This document shows, one piece after another, positions 12,094 through 22,000 of a stretch of 64,000 nt of DNA (position 1 is the stretch's first letter; each line of letters opens with the position of its first letter). Under the pieces are notes generated by a model. The model was not told where the DNA came from. It was given only the letters and a program-made list of their open reading frames with translations, and did not search any database. The stretch is taken from assembly GCA_963830065.1 (NCBI GenBank), contig CAWHLA010000008.1, positions 1 to 64,000 on the forward strand, read 5' to 3'. The position numbers and the translations under genes are program-made. Origin of the DNA: an uncultured Thermoleophilaceae bacterium (GTDB lineage: Bacteria > Actinomycetota > Thermoleophilia > Solirubrobacterales > Thermoleophilaceae).

Positions 12094-15000
12094 ATGCGTA
12101 ACCCCGCTCCCCACCGGCCGATCCGGCCGGCCCTCGGCGTCGAGGCCCTGGAACTCCGGGACGTGCCCGCCGCGTCGCTGGTCGAGCCGTTCCAGCGGGG
12201 GCCGGTCGCCGACCTGCCGGCCGGCTGGCTCCAGTGGTCGTCCGACGGCACCCGGTCGTTCAAGGTCGACCCGACCGCCGCCGGCCTCGGGGACACCGGG
12301 CCAGCTCGCCTCGGCCGGGGCCGCGGCCACCGCCGCCCGGGCCTGGGTGTCCGCCCCGTTCGCCGCCGACGTCGAGACCCGGCCGCCGTCTACCTCAACT
12401 CGACCGTCCCGGTCCAGCTGTTCGTCCGCGGGCAGAACCTCGGCACCACCACGCCGACCTACTACGCCGCGTCCGTGACCCGCGGCGGCGGAGGTCCAAC
12501 TCTCAGGGTCGTGGCGGGCAGGCGACCGTGCTCGGCACCGTCCGAGTCGGCCGAGTACGTCAGCAACCGGTGGGTGCAGGTGAAGCTCCGGGCCGAGGGG
12601 GACACGATCCGCGTCACCCTCCACCGCGGCGACACCAACCAGTACCTCGGGCCGGACGGCAAGTGGGTCCGCGAACTGACCGCCGCGGTCATCGAGGTCG
12701 GACACCGCGATCCGCGACCGGCGGGCAGGTCGGGTTCGCCCGGCCGGCCGGGGCGGCCGGGACGGTCGGCATGGACAGCCTGCGGGTCGGCGCCGGCCGC
12801 GGACACCCGGCGGGCGACCCTGGCCGAGGAGCGGTTCGACCAGCCGCCGGCGGCCGGGCTGCCGGCCGGGTGGTCGCAGTGGGTGGCCGGGGCCGGCCGG
12901 TGACGTACCGGACCGAGGCCGACGAGACGCTCCGGGTGGCCGGGCCGAGCACCGGCGGGGCGGCCCGGGCGTGGTGACCGGACGCGGTCCCGGCCGACGT
13001 CCAGGTGTCGTCGTCGCTGTACGTGGACAGCCTGGTCCCGGCCGGGATGTTCGCCCGCGGCCAGAACCTCGTACACGAACCGGCCGACGCTACTACGGCC
13101 TGTCCGTCACGCCGCGGGCTGGAGGTCAAGCTCGCGAAGGTGGTGAACGGGGCCGAAGACCGTCCTCGGCACCGTCCGGTCGAAGGACTGGGTGAGCGGG
13201 CCGTGGGTGCAGGCGTCGCTGGTGACCAAGGGCGGCCGGCTGCGGGTGCAGGTCTTCCGCTCGGACACCGGGCAGTACCTGCAGCCCGACGGCACGCTGG
13301 GGCCTGGCCCCGGCGTGGGCGCTGACGCGGACCGACACGGCGATCACGGCCGGCGGCCTGGCCGGGCTGACCCGCGGGACGCGGGTACGCCGGGCAGCTG
13401 GTGTTCGACAACTTCATCGTCACCACCGCCCCGGCCCGGGTGACGACCGCCGGCCCGATCCCGACCGAGGGCGGACAAGCCGACGACCCGGTCCGACCCC
13501 GCCGGAAGACCGCCCGACGCCGCCGCCCGCCGCCGACGCCACCCCGACCGCCCGCCAGCCCGACCCCGACGCCCGCCGCCGACCCCGACCCGCCGACCAC
13601 CGGCCCGACGGGCTGCCGGCCGTGCCGCGGCACTACCCGCACATCCGGCTGGCCAACCTCGCCTACTACGGCACCCCGCTCGGGTCGTTCGAGCAGAGCC
13701 TGCTCCGGAACAGCGTCGACCTGGTCATCCCGAACCTCGACTACCTGGACGACATCGCAGCGGTCGCGCCCGAACACCCCGCAGTTCGTCTACACGAACG
13801 TCTCGAACATCTACCTCGGCCTGCTCACCGACTGGCTGGAGTACGCCGACCGCAACCGGCTGACCGCGAGGCGGCGTTCTACCACGTCAACCGGGCCGAC
13901 CCCGTTCAACGGGCTGAGCGCGTCGGCCGTCCCGGTCGAACCGCTTCTGGGGCGTGTACCGCGGGCACCGACGCGGCCGGCTGGGCGAACGTCACCAGCG
14001 ACGCCCGGAACGCGGCCACGACCGTTCGCCTTCGGCCGCGGCCGGCGAGTCGGTGGCGTTCGGCTACACCGAGAAGTTCCGCGAGATCAACGTCGACCTG
14101 CGGTCGGCGGCCGCGGGCGGGTGGAGCGGCGAAGCTGGAGTACGTCACCGCGGTGGACGCCCAGGGGCGGCCGACGGCGTGGGGGACGCTCGCCACTGAC
14201 CTGGCGACGGCACCGACGGGCCTGCGGCGGCGACGGGCAGGTCACGTTCGACCCGCCGCGGGACTGGGTGCCGGCGTCGGTCAACGGCGGCGCCCGGCTG
14301 TTCTACGTCCGGTTCCGGACGACCGCCGGCGGGCACCGCCCCGGTCGCCGTCACCGTGCTCGGCCGGGACTACACGAACGCACGGGGCAGCCGGCGGCAC
14401 CATCCCGGCGTTCGACTCCGCCGCCGACCGGGACGGCGACGGCTACCTGAACGACGCCGAGTACGCCGCCGGCAGGCCGGGGTTCGACGCCCGGTTCGTG
14501 TACGAGAGCCGGCTGATCTACCCGAACTACGGGCCGATGCGGTTCGCCACGAACGTCGCCGACCCCGGCGTTCCGGGCGTGGGCGGCGGACTACCACGCC
14601 CGGATCGCTGGCCGGGCCTGCCGCTGGCCGACGGGTTCTTCGTGGACAACTCGATCGGCCGGCTCGCCGTCGACCCGACCGGGATCAAGGAGTCGCTGAG
14701 CGGCTACGCCGCCGACTACGGGTCGCTGCTCGGGGCGATCAACCGGCGGCTCGGGGCGCGGGAAGTGGGTGATCGCGAACACGGCCGGCGGCGGCGCCGG
14801 CGGCCGAGCCGATCGTCCGGAACGGGGTGTCGTACCTGGAGGAGTTCGCCTGCGGCCGATCAGCGCCAACCACGTCCAGTTCGACGACCTGGCGGCCGAC
14901 GCTGGCGTACCGCCGGCAGCTCTCCGGCGGGAAGGCCTACGAGATCCTGGACAGCCTGCCGGCCGGCGCGGCGACGCGACCGACCCGCGGACCCAGCTGG

Positions 15001-15411
15001 CCACCCTGGCCATGTACTACCTGCTCGCCGACCCGGACCTGTCGTTCCTGATGATGAACGGCGGGAACGAGCCGGCCAGCGGGTGGGGCCGGCACTGGAT
15101 CGGAGGCGGCCACGTACAACGTCGGCCGGCCGACCGGCGGCGCACAAGGTGTTCGCCACCGGGACCGACCCGACCAACGCGCGGCTGGACTACAAGGTGT
15201 ACGCCGCGGGAGTACCAGAACGCCCTGGTGCTGCTACAAGCCGCTCTCGTACACCCGCGGGGTGAACGGGACGATGGCGGACGACACCGCCACCACGCAC
15301 CAGCTCGGCGGGTGGTACCGGCCGCTGCGGGCCGACGGGACGCTCGGGCCGCCGGTGAACAAGGTCACCCTGCGGAACGGCGAGGGGGCGGTCCTGGTGA
15401 GGGCCCCGTAG
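12094..15411 (+). CDS. Large (about 1100 aa) secreted hypothetical protein with a Planctomycete-type N-terminal LGVEALELRDVPA motif, two tandem ~190-aa internal repeats, a Pro/Thr linker and a C-terminal glycoside-hydrolase-like region, with many frameshifts
   Basis: MRNPAPHRPIRPALGVEALELRDVPAASL. Internal repeat: NSTVPVQLFVRGQNLGTTTPTYYAASVTRGGG...RWVQVKLRAEGDTIRVTLHRGDTNQYLGPDGKW versus DSLVPAGMFARGQNL...YYGLSVTRG...WVQASLVTKGGRLRVQVFRSDTGQYLQPDGTL. Pro-rich PTPTPAADPDPPTTGPTG. Then RLANLAYYGTPLGSFEQSLLRNSVDLVIPNLDYLDDIAAVAPEHP...QFVYTNVSNIYLGLLTDWLEYAD and DGDGYLNDAEYAAGRPGFDARFVYESRLIYPNYGPMRFATNV, TQLATLAMYYLLADPDLSFLMMNGGNEPASGWGRHW. Confidence 0.45.
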
Positions 15412-15427
15412 ATGCTGTTTCGCAACG

Positions 15428-15490
15428 CTGAGCGGGGGGCGTCAGCCCCCCGAGGGCGTCTCCCTCGGGGGGCTGACGCCCCCCGCTCAG
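15428..15490. terminator. Perfect 29-bp inverted repeat with a 5-nt loop, a likely bidirectional terminator between convergent genes
   Basis: ctgagcggggggcgtcagccccccgaggg cgtct ccctcggggggctgacgccccccgctcag. It sits immediately after the TAG of the giant gene and at the 3-prime end of the small minus-strand ORF. Confidence 0.5.
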
Positions 15491-15499
15491 GGGTTGTGA

Positions 15500-15691
15500 A
15501 TACGGTTCCAGATCCCGGCGGCGGACTTCGGCGGCCCAGGAGCGGAACACGAGGGCGGCCGCCAGATCGATCAGCCGCGGGTCGTCCTCCGACAGGCCCG
15601 GGTGTTTGGCGGCGAGGAGTCGCAGGAGGGTGGATACGAGCTGCTCCGCCGATTTGGTGGGGATCTCGGTGGTGGCGGTTGTGGTACACAT
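15500..15691 (-). CDS. Small hypothetical protein (about 65-110 aa, C-terminus unclear) with its own strong promoter
   Basis: ATG at 15691 gives MCTTTATTEIPTKSAEQLVSTLLRLLAAKHPGLSEDDPRLIDLAAALVFRSWAAEVRRRDLEP. In the current frame it reads through the 29-bp palindrome. A 1-nt shift would place a TGA just before the palindrome. Confidence 0.3.
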
Positions 15692-15749
15692 CGGGGCACG
15701 GCGGTTCGGCCGCCGCCGGTCGAACCGGCGGGGAATCAGACACCGGTGA

Positions 15750-15778
15750 AGTGTACTCTCGTTTAGTATACGAGTCAA
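15750..15778 (-). promoter_or_regulatory. Sigma-70-like promoter TTGACT-N17-TACACT on the minus strand, driving the small ORF
   Basis: Reverse complement reads TTGACTcgtatactaaacgagagTACACT. It lies in the least GC-rich stretch of the window, about 50 nt upstream of the ATG at 15691. Confidence 0.4.
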
Positions 15779-15816
15779 TGCGGAGTGGACATTTTTTCAT
15801 ATCGGGTTTTCGCGAA

Positions 15817-16085
15817 GTCAGCTCGCAGGGCAGGGAGTCCTCCTTCTTCAGTCCGAAGGGCTGGGAGCCCTCAGCCCAGGGCAAGGGCCGAAGGCCCGCC
15901 GCCCTGGGTCACGGGCACGCCCGCGGCATGCAGCCTGAAGGGCTGCGAGAGCGTCTCCCAGCCCTTCAGGCTGGGGGCGAACGGGTGGCCCGACCCAGGG
16001 CGTTGCCCTGGGCTGAGGGCTCCCAGCCCTTCGGGCTGAAGACTTCCAGCCCTTCGGGCTGAGGGCTCCCTGCCCTTCGGCTGAC
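15817..16085. repeat. Complex nested palindromic element of about 270 bp, possibly MITE/REP-like or a structured RNA
   Basis: The outer arms gtcagctcgcagggcagggag...ccgaagggctgggagccctcagcccagggcaa (15817-15885) pair with ttgccctgggctgagggctcccagcccttcgg...ctccctgcccttcggctgac (16000-16085). The inner hairpin is cagcctgaagggctg cgagagcgtctc cagcccttcaggctg. The palindromic unit agcccttcgggct recurs. Confidence 0.5.
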
Positions 16086-16131
16086 GACCGGAATCCCCCG
16101 CTCGGGGGTTACGAAAGCTCGCAGCAAACCT

Positions 16132-17822
16132 CTACTCCTTCCGCATCGGCAGCCGGAACACGAATCGGGTGCCCTGCCCCGGCTCGCTCGCGGCGGTCAG
16201 GTCGCCGCCGTGCTCGCGGAGGATCTTGCGGCTGACCGGCAGGCCCAGCCCGGTCCCCCGCGCCCCCTTCGTGCTCACGAACGGCTTGAAGATGTCGTCC
16301 AGCTTCTCCGCCGGGATGCCGGGGCCGTTGTCGAGCACGATCACCTTCGGCCCACGCCCCGTCCGGCTCCAGCAGCGCCTGCACCGCCACCTGCGGGGCC
16401 GGCCGGCCCTCGACCGCGTCGAGGGCGTTGCTCACGAGGTTCAGCACCGCCCGGTGGATGCCGTCCGGGTCGCACGGGCACCGCCGGCACGTCCGGCCGC
16501 CGGGCGCCAGTCCAGCGTCGACGCCCGCCGTCGTCGGCCCGGCCGCGGACCATGTCCAGCACGTCCTCGCACAGCGTTGTTCAGGTCGGTCGGCTCGATC
16601 GCCGGCTCGCGCTCCTTCGAGTAGCTGAGCATGTCCAGGATCAGCTCGTCGATCCGGCCCTGGTTCTTCTCGACCAGCTTCCAGCCCTTGCCGAGCAGGT
16701 CCTTGTCGTCCGTCGTCGAGGCCCGTGCGGACCATGTCGCCGCCGAACCGGACGCCCTGCATGATGTTCTTGATGTGGTGCGACAGGGCCGCGATCGTCT
16801 GGCCGACGGCCGCCAGCCGCTCGGCGTTGACCAGCGCCTGGTGGTAGCGGCGTCTCCTCGACCGCCAGGGCCGCCTGGTGGGCGATGGCGACTGGCCAGG
16901 TGCAGGTGGTCCTCGGTGAACTTGCCGGCTCCGGCCGCCGGCGACGAGCTGCTTGAGCGTGCGACTGGGTGTCGAGGAACAGCACGCCGAGCGTCTCGCG
17001 CCGGCCCTTCATCGGCACGCAGATGACCTCGCGGATGTTGTGCCGGTGCGATGCTCTCGCCGCCGCGGAACCGGTCGTCGGCGCGGCGTCGGAGACGAGC
17101 ACGCCCTGCTTCTCCTTCAGCACGTGGTCGACGATCGTCCGGCTGACGGCGAGCTCCTCCTGCCGGCTGCAGCCCCGTCGCGGTAGCGGACGGCCTTCGG
17201 GCATCGAGCTCGCCGGTCCGTCGTCGCGGAGCATGAAGCAGCCGTGGTCGGCGTCGACCGACTTGAGCACCAGGTCCATCACCGGTCGAGCAGCTGGTCC
17301 ACGTCGAGGATGTGGCTGACGGCCTCGGCGGTCTCGTACAGGGCGGCGAGGCTGGCGAGCCGGGTGCGGAGCCAGTCGGTCGCGGCCGTCGTCCGGGCGG
17401 GCGAGGATCTGGCTGCCGGCGTCCGCGCCGACGGTGCGGACGATGGCCGAGGCGACGTCCTGGTCGCGGCCGCGGCGAGCAGCCGGACGCGGCTCGGTCA
17501 GCTCGTCGGCCGCGGGCGTCGTCCCGCGCCGGCGGTGTACATCAGGACCGTCTGGCCGAGCGTGATCGTGGTCGCCGCTGCGGAGCGGGGCGGCCTGGAC
17601 CGGCTGGCCGTTGACGAGCGTGCCGTTGCCGCTGCCGAGGTCGACGAGCTCGGTACCCGCCGCCGGCGGTGGCGCGGAGTTCCAGGTGCCGGCGGGACAC
17701 CTGGGTGTCGTGCAGGGCGACGGCGTTGCGCCGAGTGCCGGCCGACGGTGACGGCGGGGCCGGCCAGGTCGAACTGCCGGCCCTCGTCGGCGCCCTTGAT
17801 GACGATGAGTTTGGGCATCGGC
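16132..17822 (-). CDS. Sensor histidine kinase with an N-terminal FHA domain and a GAF domain (FHA-GAF-HisKA-HATPase_c), frameshifted
   Basis: FHA: MPKLIVIKGADEGRQFDLAGPAVTVGRH...ELVDLGSGNGTLVNGQPVQAAPLRSGD and ITLGQTVLMYT. GAF: VMDLVLKSVDADHGCFMLRDD...ELAVSRTIVDHVLKEKQGVLVSDA...HNIREVICVPMKGRRETLGVLFLDT. HATPase_c: HRAVLNLVSNALDAVEG and MIVLDNGPGIPAEKLDDIFKPFVSTKGARGTGLGLPVSRKILREHGGDLTAASEPGQGTRFVFRLPM. Confidence 0.65.
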
Positions 17823-17829
17823 CGCCCCC

Positions 17830-17863
17830 GTAGGGTGGGCCTCGCGGACTCGGCCCACCCTAC
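17830..17863 (-). terminator. 12-bp stem with a 10-nt loop, between the YcxB-like gene and the kinase gene
   Basis: gtagggtgggcc tcgcggactc ggcccaccctac. Confidence 0.4.
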
Positions 17864-17871
17864 AAGTGCTA

Positions 17872-18276
17872 TCATCTGGGTTCGTCCGACTCTTCGTCGC
17901 GCATCCGCCGGCGGATCGGTTGCAAGAATGACTCCAGTTCCTGGTCGGAGGCGAACGCGTCGCGAGGGACCGCTGTCATGAAATCGGCCAAGTAGATGAA
18001 CACGTGCCCGGGCGCATCCGTGATGCCGGTGACCATGTCCCAGGTTACCGTGAGGAATGCCGACGCGGTGCCGGCTTCGACTCCAGCGTCCGTGACGACT
18101 ATGCGGTACGGCCCGAGTAATATCCGGGCCCCCGGGGCACGGTAGCCGGCTTCCACAGATTGTTTGTACCGCCGGCGGGCCTGATCGGGGTAGACGATCG
18201 CCCACACAGCGAACGGGGTCAGCATCAGCATCGCCATCAGACCCGCGACGGGCGTCGGGGTAGGTTTCGGTATCAA
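17872..18276 (-). CDS. YcxB-like small membrane protein (TTG start)
   Basis: IPKPTPTPVAGLMAMLMLTPFAVWAIVYP (TM helix), then ILLGPYRIVVTDAGVEAGTASAFLTVTWDMVTGITDAPGHVFIYLADFMTAVPRDAFASDQELESFLQ. The frame is intact. Confidence 0.45.
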   Translation of the reverse strand: MIPKPTPTPVAGLMAMLMLTPFAVWAIVYPDQARRRYKQSVEAGYRAPGARILLGPYRIVVTDAGVEAGTASAFLTVTWDMVTGITDAPGHVFIYLADFMTAVPRDAFASDQELESFLQPIRRRMRDEESDEPR

Positions 18277-18446
18277 GGTCGGGCGACACCGACCGTCGCC
18301 GCACAGTGCCAGGCCGGCGAGGACGATCCGACCCGCGCCTGCCTTACCTGCGCGTGGATTAGGGGGCTGAGATCATAGCTGTGCATTGCGGCCGCGATCG
18401 TCTCGCGGAGGGTGTACTCGAACTCGACCCGGGCCAACTCCGCCAT
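18271..18446 (-). CDS. 58-aa ORF whose TGA overlaps the TTG of the YcxB-like gene (TTGA), suggesting coupling or one gene with a shift
   Basis: MAELARVEFEYTLRETIAAAMHSYDLSPLIHAQVRQARVGSSSPAWHCAATVGVARP. Confidence 0.2.
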
Positions 18447-18469
18447 ACTCGTATCCCCCGCGTCATCGT

Positions 18470-19427
18470 TTCCTCGGCGGCAGGAACTGGGTCACGTCCA
18501 GGCCGTCCGGGCCGAGGTGGTGGTCGAGCAGGTCGACCCGGCCGCGGCCCCGCATGCCGAGCCAGCGTCTTGCCCATCTCGTCCCACCAGATCGCCGCCA
18601 GCACGTCCGGGTTGGTCTGCCTTCAGCTCGCGGTACTGGTCCAGCCGCTTGCGGAACGACTCGGCCTCGGCCGCCGGCCAGGCGCAGCTGCTCCGGCCGG
18701 TACGCCGCGGCCTGCTGTTCGAGCTTGTACTTCGTCGCCTCCGGCCTCGCCGGAGCCGCTGGCCGGCCTCCTGGCGGGCCTGGTTCTCCTGGGTGCGGAT
18801 GGCCGTCTGGGCCTGGTTCACCTCCTCGAACGCCGCCCGCACCTCGTCCGGCGGGGCCAGGTAGGTCGACGCTCGCCCGCTGCACCCGACGCCGAGCCGG
18901 TGCGGCTCGACCCGGTCCGGCAGCCGGGCCATGACCCACGGCGGGAGGTGCCGCCTTGCCGGTGAGCAGCACCTCGTCCACCGGCCGGCCGGCGACCCAC
19001 TCGGCGGCCAGCGGCCTCGGCCTCGCGGGCCAGCACCGCGTCCGCCCGGTCCTGGTGGGCGACGTAGTCGTCCAGCTCCCGGTCCGGCTCGTCCGACGGC
19101 GTAGTCGAGGACCAGCCTGACGTTGACGAGGTTCTGGTCGCCGGTGAGGAACTGGCCCGGCGGGGTGCCGGCCGTCCTCGGCGGCGTCCGGGGCGTACCC
19201 GACGTCGAGCTGGCGGACGGTGCGGACCGGACGCGGTCGACGCGGTCGATGCCCCACGGCAGGCCGACCCACAGGCCGGGCCCGGGCCGGGCGACGACCT
19301 CGCCGAACCGGCGGACGACGGCCCGCTCCTCCGGCCGGACCTGCGCGACGCCGGTGGCAGGTACGCCAGGAGGGCGAGCAGCAGGAGGTAGCGGAGGCGG
19401 GGCATGGAACCTAGCAGGGTTATCCAC
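18470..19427 (-). CDS. Band-7/SPFH (HflK/HflC family) protein, frameshifted
   Basis: VAQVRPEERAVVRRFGEVVARPGPGLWVGLPWGIDRVDRV, QFLTGDQNLVNVRLVLDYAVG, AAFEEVNQAQTAIRTQENQARQEA, and a C-terminus AAIWWDEMGKTL...GRGRVDLLDHHLG resembling the HflK tail. Confidence 0.5.
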
Positions 19428-20530
19428 AGTGAGAAGGCGATGACACAGATCCGAGAGGACAGCAGAAGACGAGACAGCTCAAAAGACGAGGGCCGCCCGC
19501 CCCGGCCTCAATGATATTCTCGCTTATCGCGGTCATCTGTCTTCTCATCCGTGGACGATTCGTTGCTACTTCGTCTCCCCGGCTTCGGCGGGTCAGCAGC
19601 AGGTCGAACAGCGGGTGCCGGCTCGAGAGCAGCAGCACGTCGCGGGTCTCGCTCGAGGAGCGTCTGGTACGCCTCCAGCTTCTGCAGGAAGGCGTAGAAC
19701 TCGCGGGTCCTGGCGCGTGGGCCTCGTTGCGGATGCGGTCGGCCTCGACGTCGGCCTGCCCCTCGACCAGCTGCTTGCTCGGCCCTCGGCGTCGGCCTCG
19801 GTCGTGCGGGCCTCGCGCTCGGCCGCGCTGGTGATGTCGGCGGCCCGCTTGCGGCCCTCGCTCTCGTAGTCGGCCACCTTCCGGGCCCGCTCGCTGCGGA
19901 TGCGCTCGGCGATGCTCGCCCGCACCGCCTCCGGGTAGTTGAACCGCCGCAGCCGGACGTCCACCACCTCGATGCCGTAGTCGTCCAGCGGACCGTCTCG
20001 CCGCAGGTCGCTCGGCCGGCCGCCCTCGCCGAGGAGCCGCCCGCCGCAGCCGCTCGGCCGCGGGCGTCGACGCGCCGGCTCGTCGGCCACGCTGATCAGG
20101 TCGTCCAGCGGCATCGTGCTGATGACCGCGCCAGCCGGCCGCTGACCCGCGGGCCGAGGATCTGCCGGGCCTGCTCCGGCGTGCCGACCGTCCGGACGAA
20201 CCGGTCGGCGCCGTCGGCGTCGGGGATCCGCCAGCTGACGAACGCGTCGACGGCGAGCGTCTTGTCGACGGTCTGCCGGCCGGGTCGCGGGTGAGCAACT
20301 CGACGGCCGGCAGGTCGAACGCCTGCAGCCGGCGGTCGAGCCGCTGCACCGACTCGACCGGCCACGGGCACTTGACGTGCAGCCCGGCGTCGGTCGCCCC
20401 GTCGTGGGTGGCGACGGGCTCGCCGAACTGGGTGACGTAGGCGAACTCGGCCTGATCGACGGCGTAGAACGCCGTCCGCGCCACAGCAGGACGGCGAGCG
20501 GGAGGGCGACGAGAGGAGGAAGCGTTTCAT
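19420..20530 (-). CDS. hflC: HflC-like band-7 protein, frameshifted
   Basis: MKRF(LPLVALPLAVLLWRG) signal/TM, FYAVDQAEFAYVTQFGEPV...GLHVKCPWPVESVQRLDRRLQAFDLPAVELLTRD, FVRTVGTPEQARQILGPRVSG, and C-terminus EAYQTLLESSRDVLLLSSRHPLFDLL. Confidence 0.55.
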
Positions 20531-20609
20531 GATGAACACCGAAGAATGGCCACGAAGCAGGCACGAAAGACACCACAAGTAGGAGCAGAGGACGATCCGT
20601 GACCGATTG

Positions 20610-22000
20610 CTACTTCCTGGGTTCTCGGTTCTCCTTTGGGTGTCTGTTCGTGCGCTCGTCGCGGCTATCGTTCCCCGTCGCGTCTGCCGGGCGGCCGGAG
20701 CATCGACGGCGGCAGCGTCTGGCCTCCGGGTCGACCAGCAACAGGTGCCGCCGGCCGGGCAGCTTGTCGGCGTCGATCAGCACCTTGTCCCGCCCGGCCA
20801 GCACGCCGACCGTCGCCTCCCAGTACAGGCGGAAGTCGGTCAGGACCGCCGCGGTGGCCAGCGATCGCTGCTGCCGCTTCGCGTCGATCGCCTTCGCCGC
20901 GGCCGGCCGGTCTGCCCGGCCCGCGACGCGGGATTCCAGCTCGGCCGGCCAGCTCGGCTTCCTCCTGCGAGGCGCAGCTTCGTCGCGGGCGGCGTGCCAG
21001 GCCAGGAAGGCGTCCCGGGCGGCCGCGGCGTCGGCCACCTTCTCGGCGGCGTCGGCCTCGGCCTGGCGGACCGTGCGCGAGGGCCTCCTCCTCCGCCCGC
21101 CGGCGGCGACCGGATGGCGTCGGCCTCGGCCTCGTTGACGAGCCGGTCGCGCTCCTGGATCGCCTCGGCCACGTCGTGGTACGAGCGACCACCTCCGGCG
21201 GCGGGTGCAGGTCGTGCAGCGTCAGCCCGTCGAGGGCGACGCCCAGACCGCGGCCGGCCGCGGTCGGCGCAGCCGCAGTCGAGCGCGCCGGCCTTCGCGC
21301 TCGAACGCGGCCGCGGTCCGGCGGTCAGCAGGTCGAGGAACGGCTCGGCCGGCGACCAGCTCGCGCAGCACCGACTCGGCCGCCGCGCGGATGACGGCGT
21401 CCGGGTCGCGGGCCGCGAACAGGTACACCCGCGGGTCGGCGACGCGGTAGCGGACCGTCGCCAGGACCTCGACCAGGTTGCCGTCGCCGGTGATCATCAC
21501 CGCCTCGTCGGTCAGCCGCGGCGATGCCGTCGGCGTGGGCCGCCGCCACGTCTGGCCCGGTCGACCGCCGGACGCGCCCGGCGGCCGGCCTGCTCCGCCG
21601 TCGCCCGCCGCGGAACGCCGCATCTCCTCGACAGGTCCGGAAGCCGACCTCGACGGTCCGGACCTGCGCCGGTTCAGCTCGACGGCTTCGACCGGCCACG
21701 GCCAGCGCGACGTGCAGCCCGGGCTCGAGGTCGGCGGCGACCGCGCCCGAACCGCCGCACGACGCCGACCTCGTCGCGGCTCGACCTGCACGCAGCCCGC
21801 GACGACAGCCACGCCGAGCGAGCGCGACGGCCGCGACCGCCGCGGCGATCGGCTTCCAGCGGTGGCCGACGCCGTGCAGCAGGTCGTCGACGTCGAGGCG
21901 CGTGTCCAGCCACGCGTCGACGGCCTGGTAGCCGGTCGCGGACGCGGCGACGACGGGCTGGCCGCGGTCCGCTCGAACGCGAGCAGCCGCATCGAGTTCA
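20610..22000 (-). CDS. hflK: HflK-like band-7 protein, heavily frameshifted
   Basis: VVRRFGRG, MITGDGNLVEVLATVRYRVADPRVYLFAARDPDAVIRAAAESVLRELVAGR, IQERDRLVNEAEADAIR, and C-terminus DFRLYWEATVGVLAGRDKVLIDADKLPGRRHLLLVD (HflK tail pattern). Confidence 0.5.

Noticed and set aside
15785-16062. ORFs 15785..16039 and 15412..16062 inside the palindromic element
   Set aside because: Their translations (repeated PFGLK / GWEPSAQG) just mirror the inverted repeats. No start context and symmetric sequence, so they are not coding.
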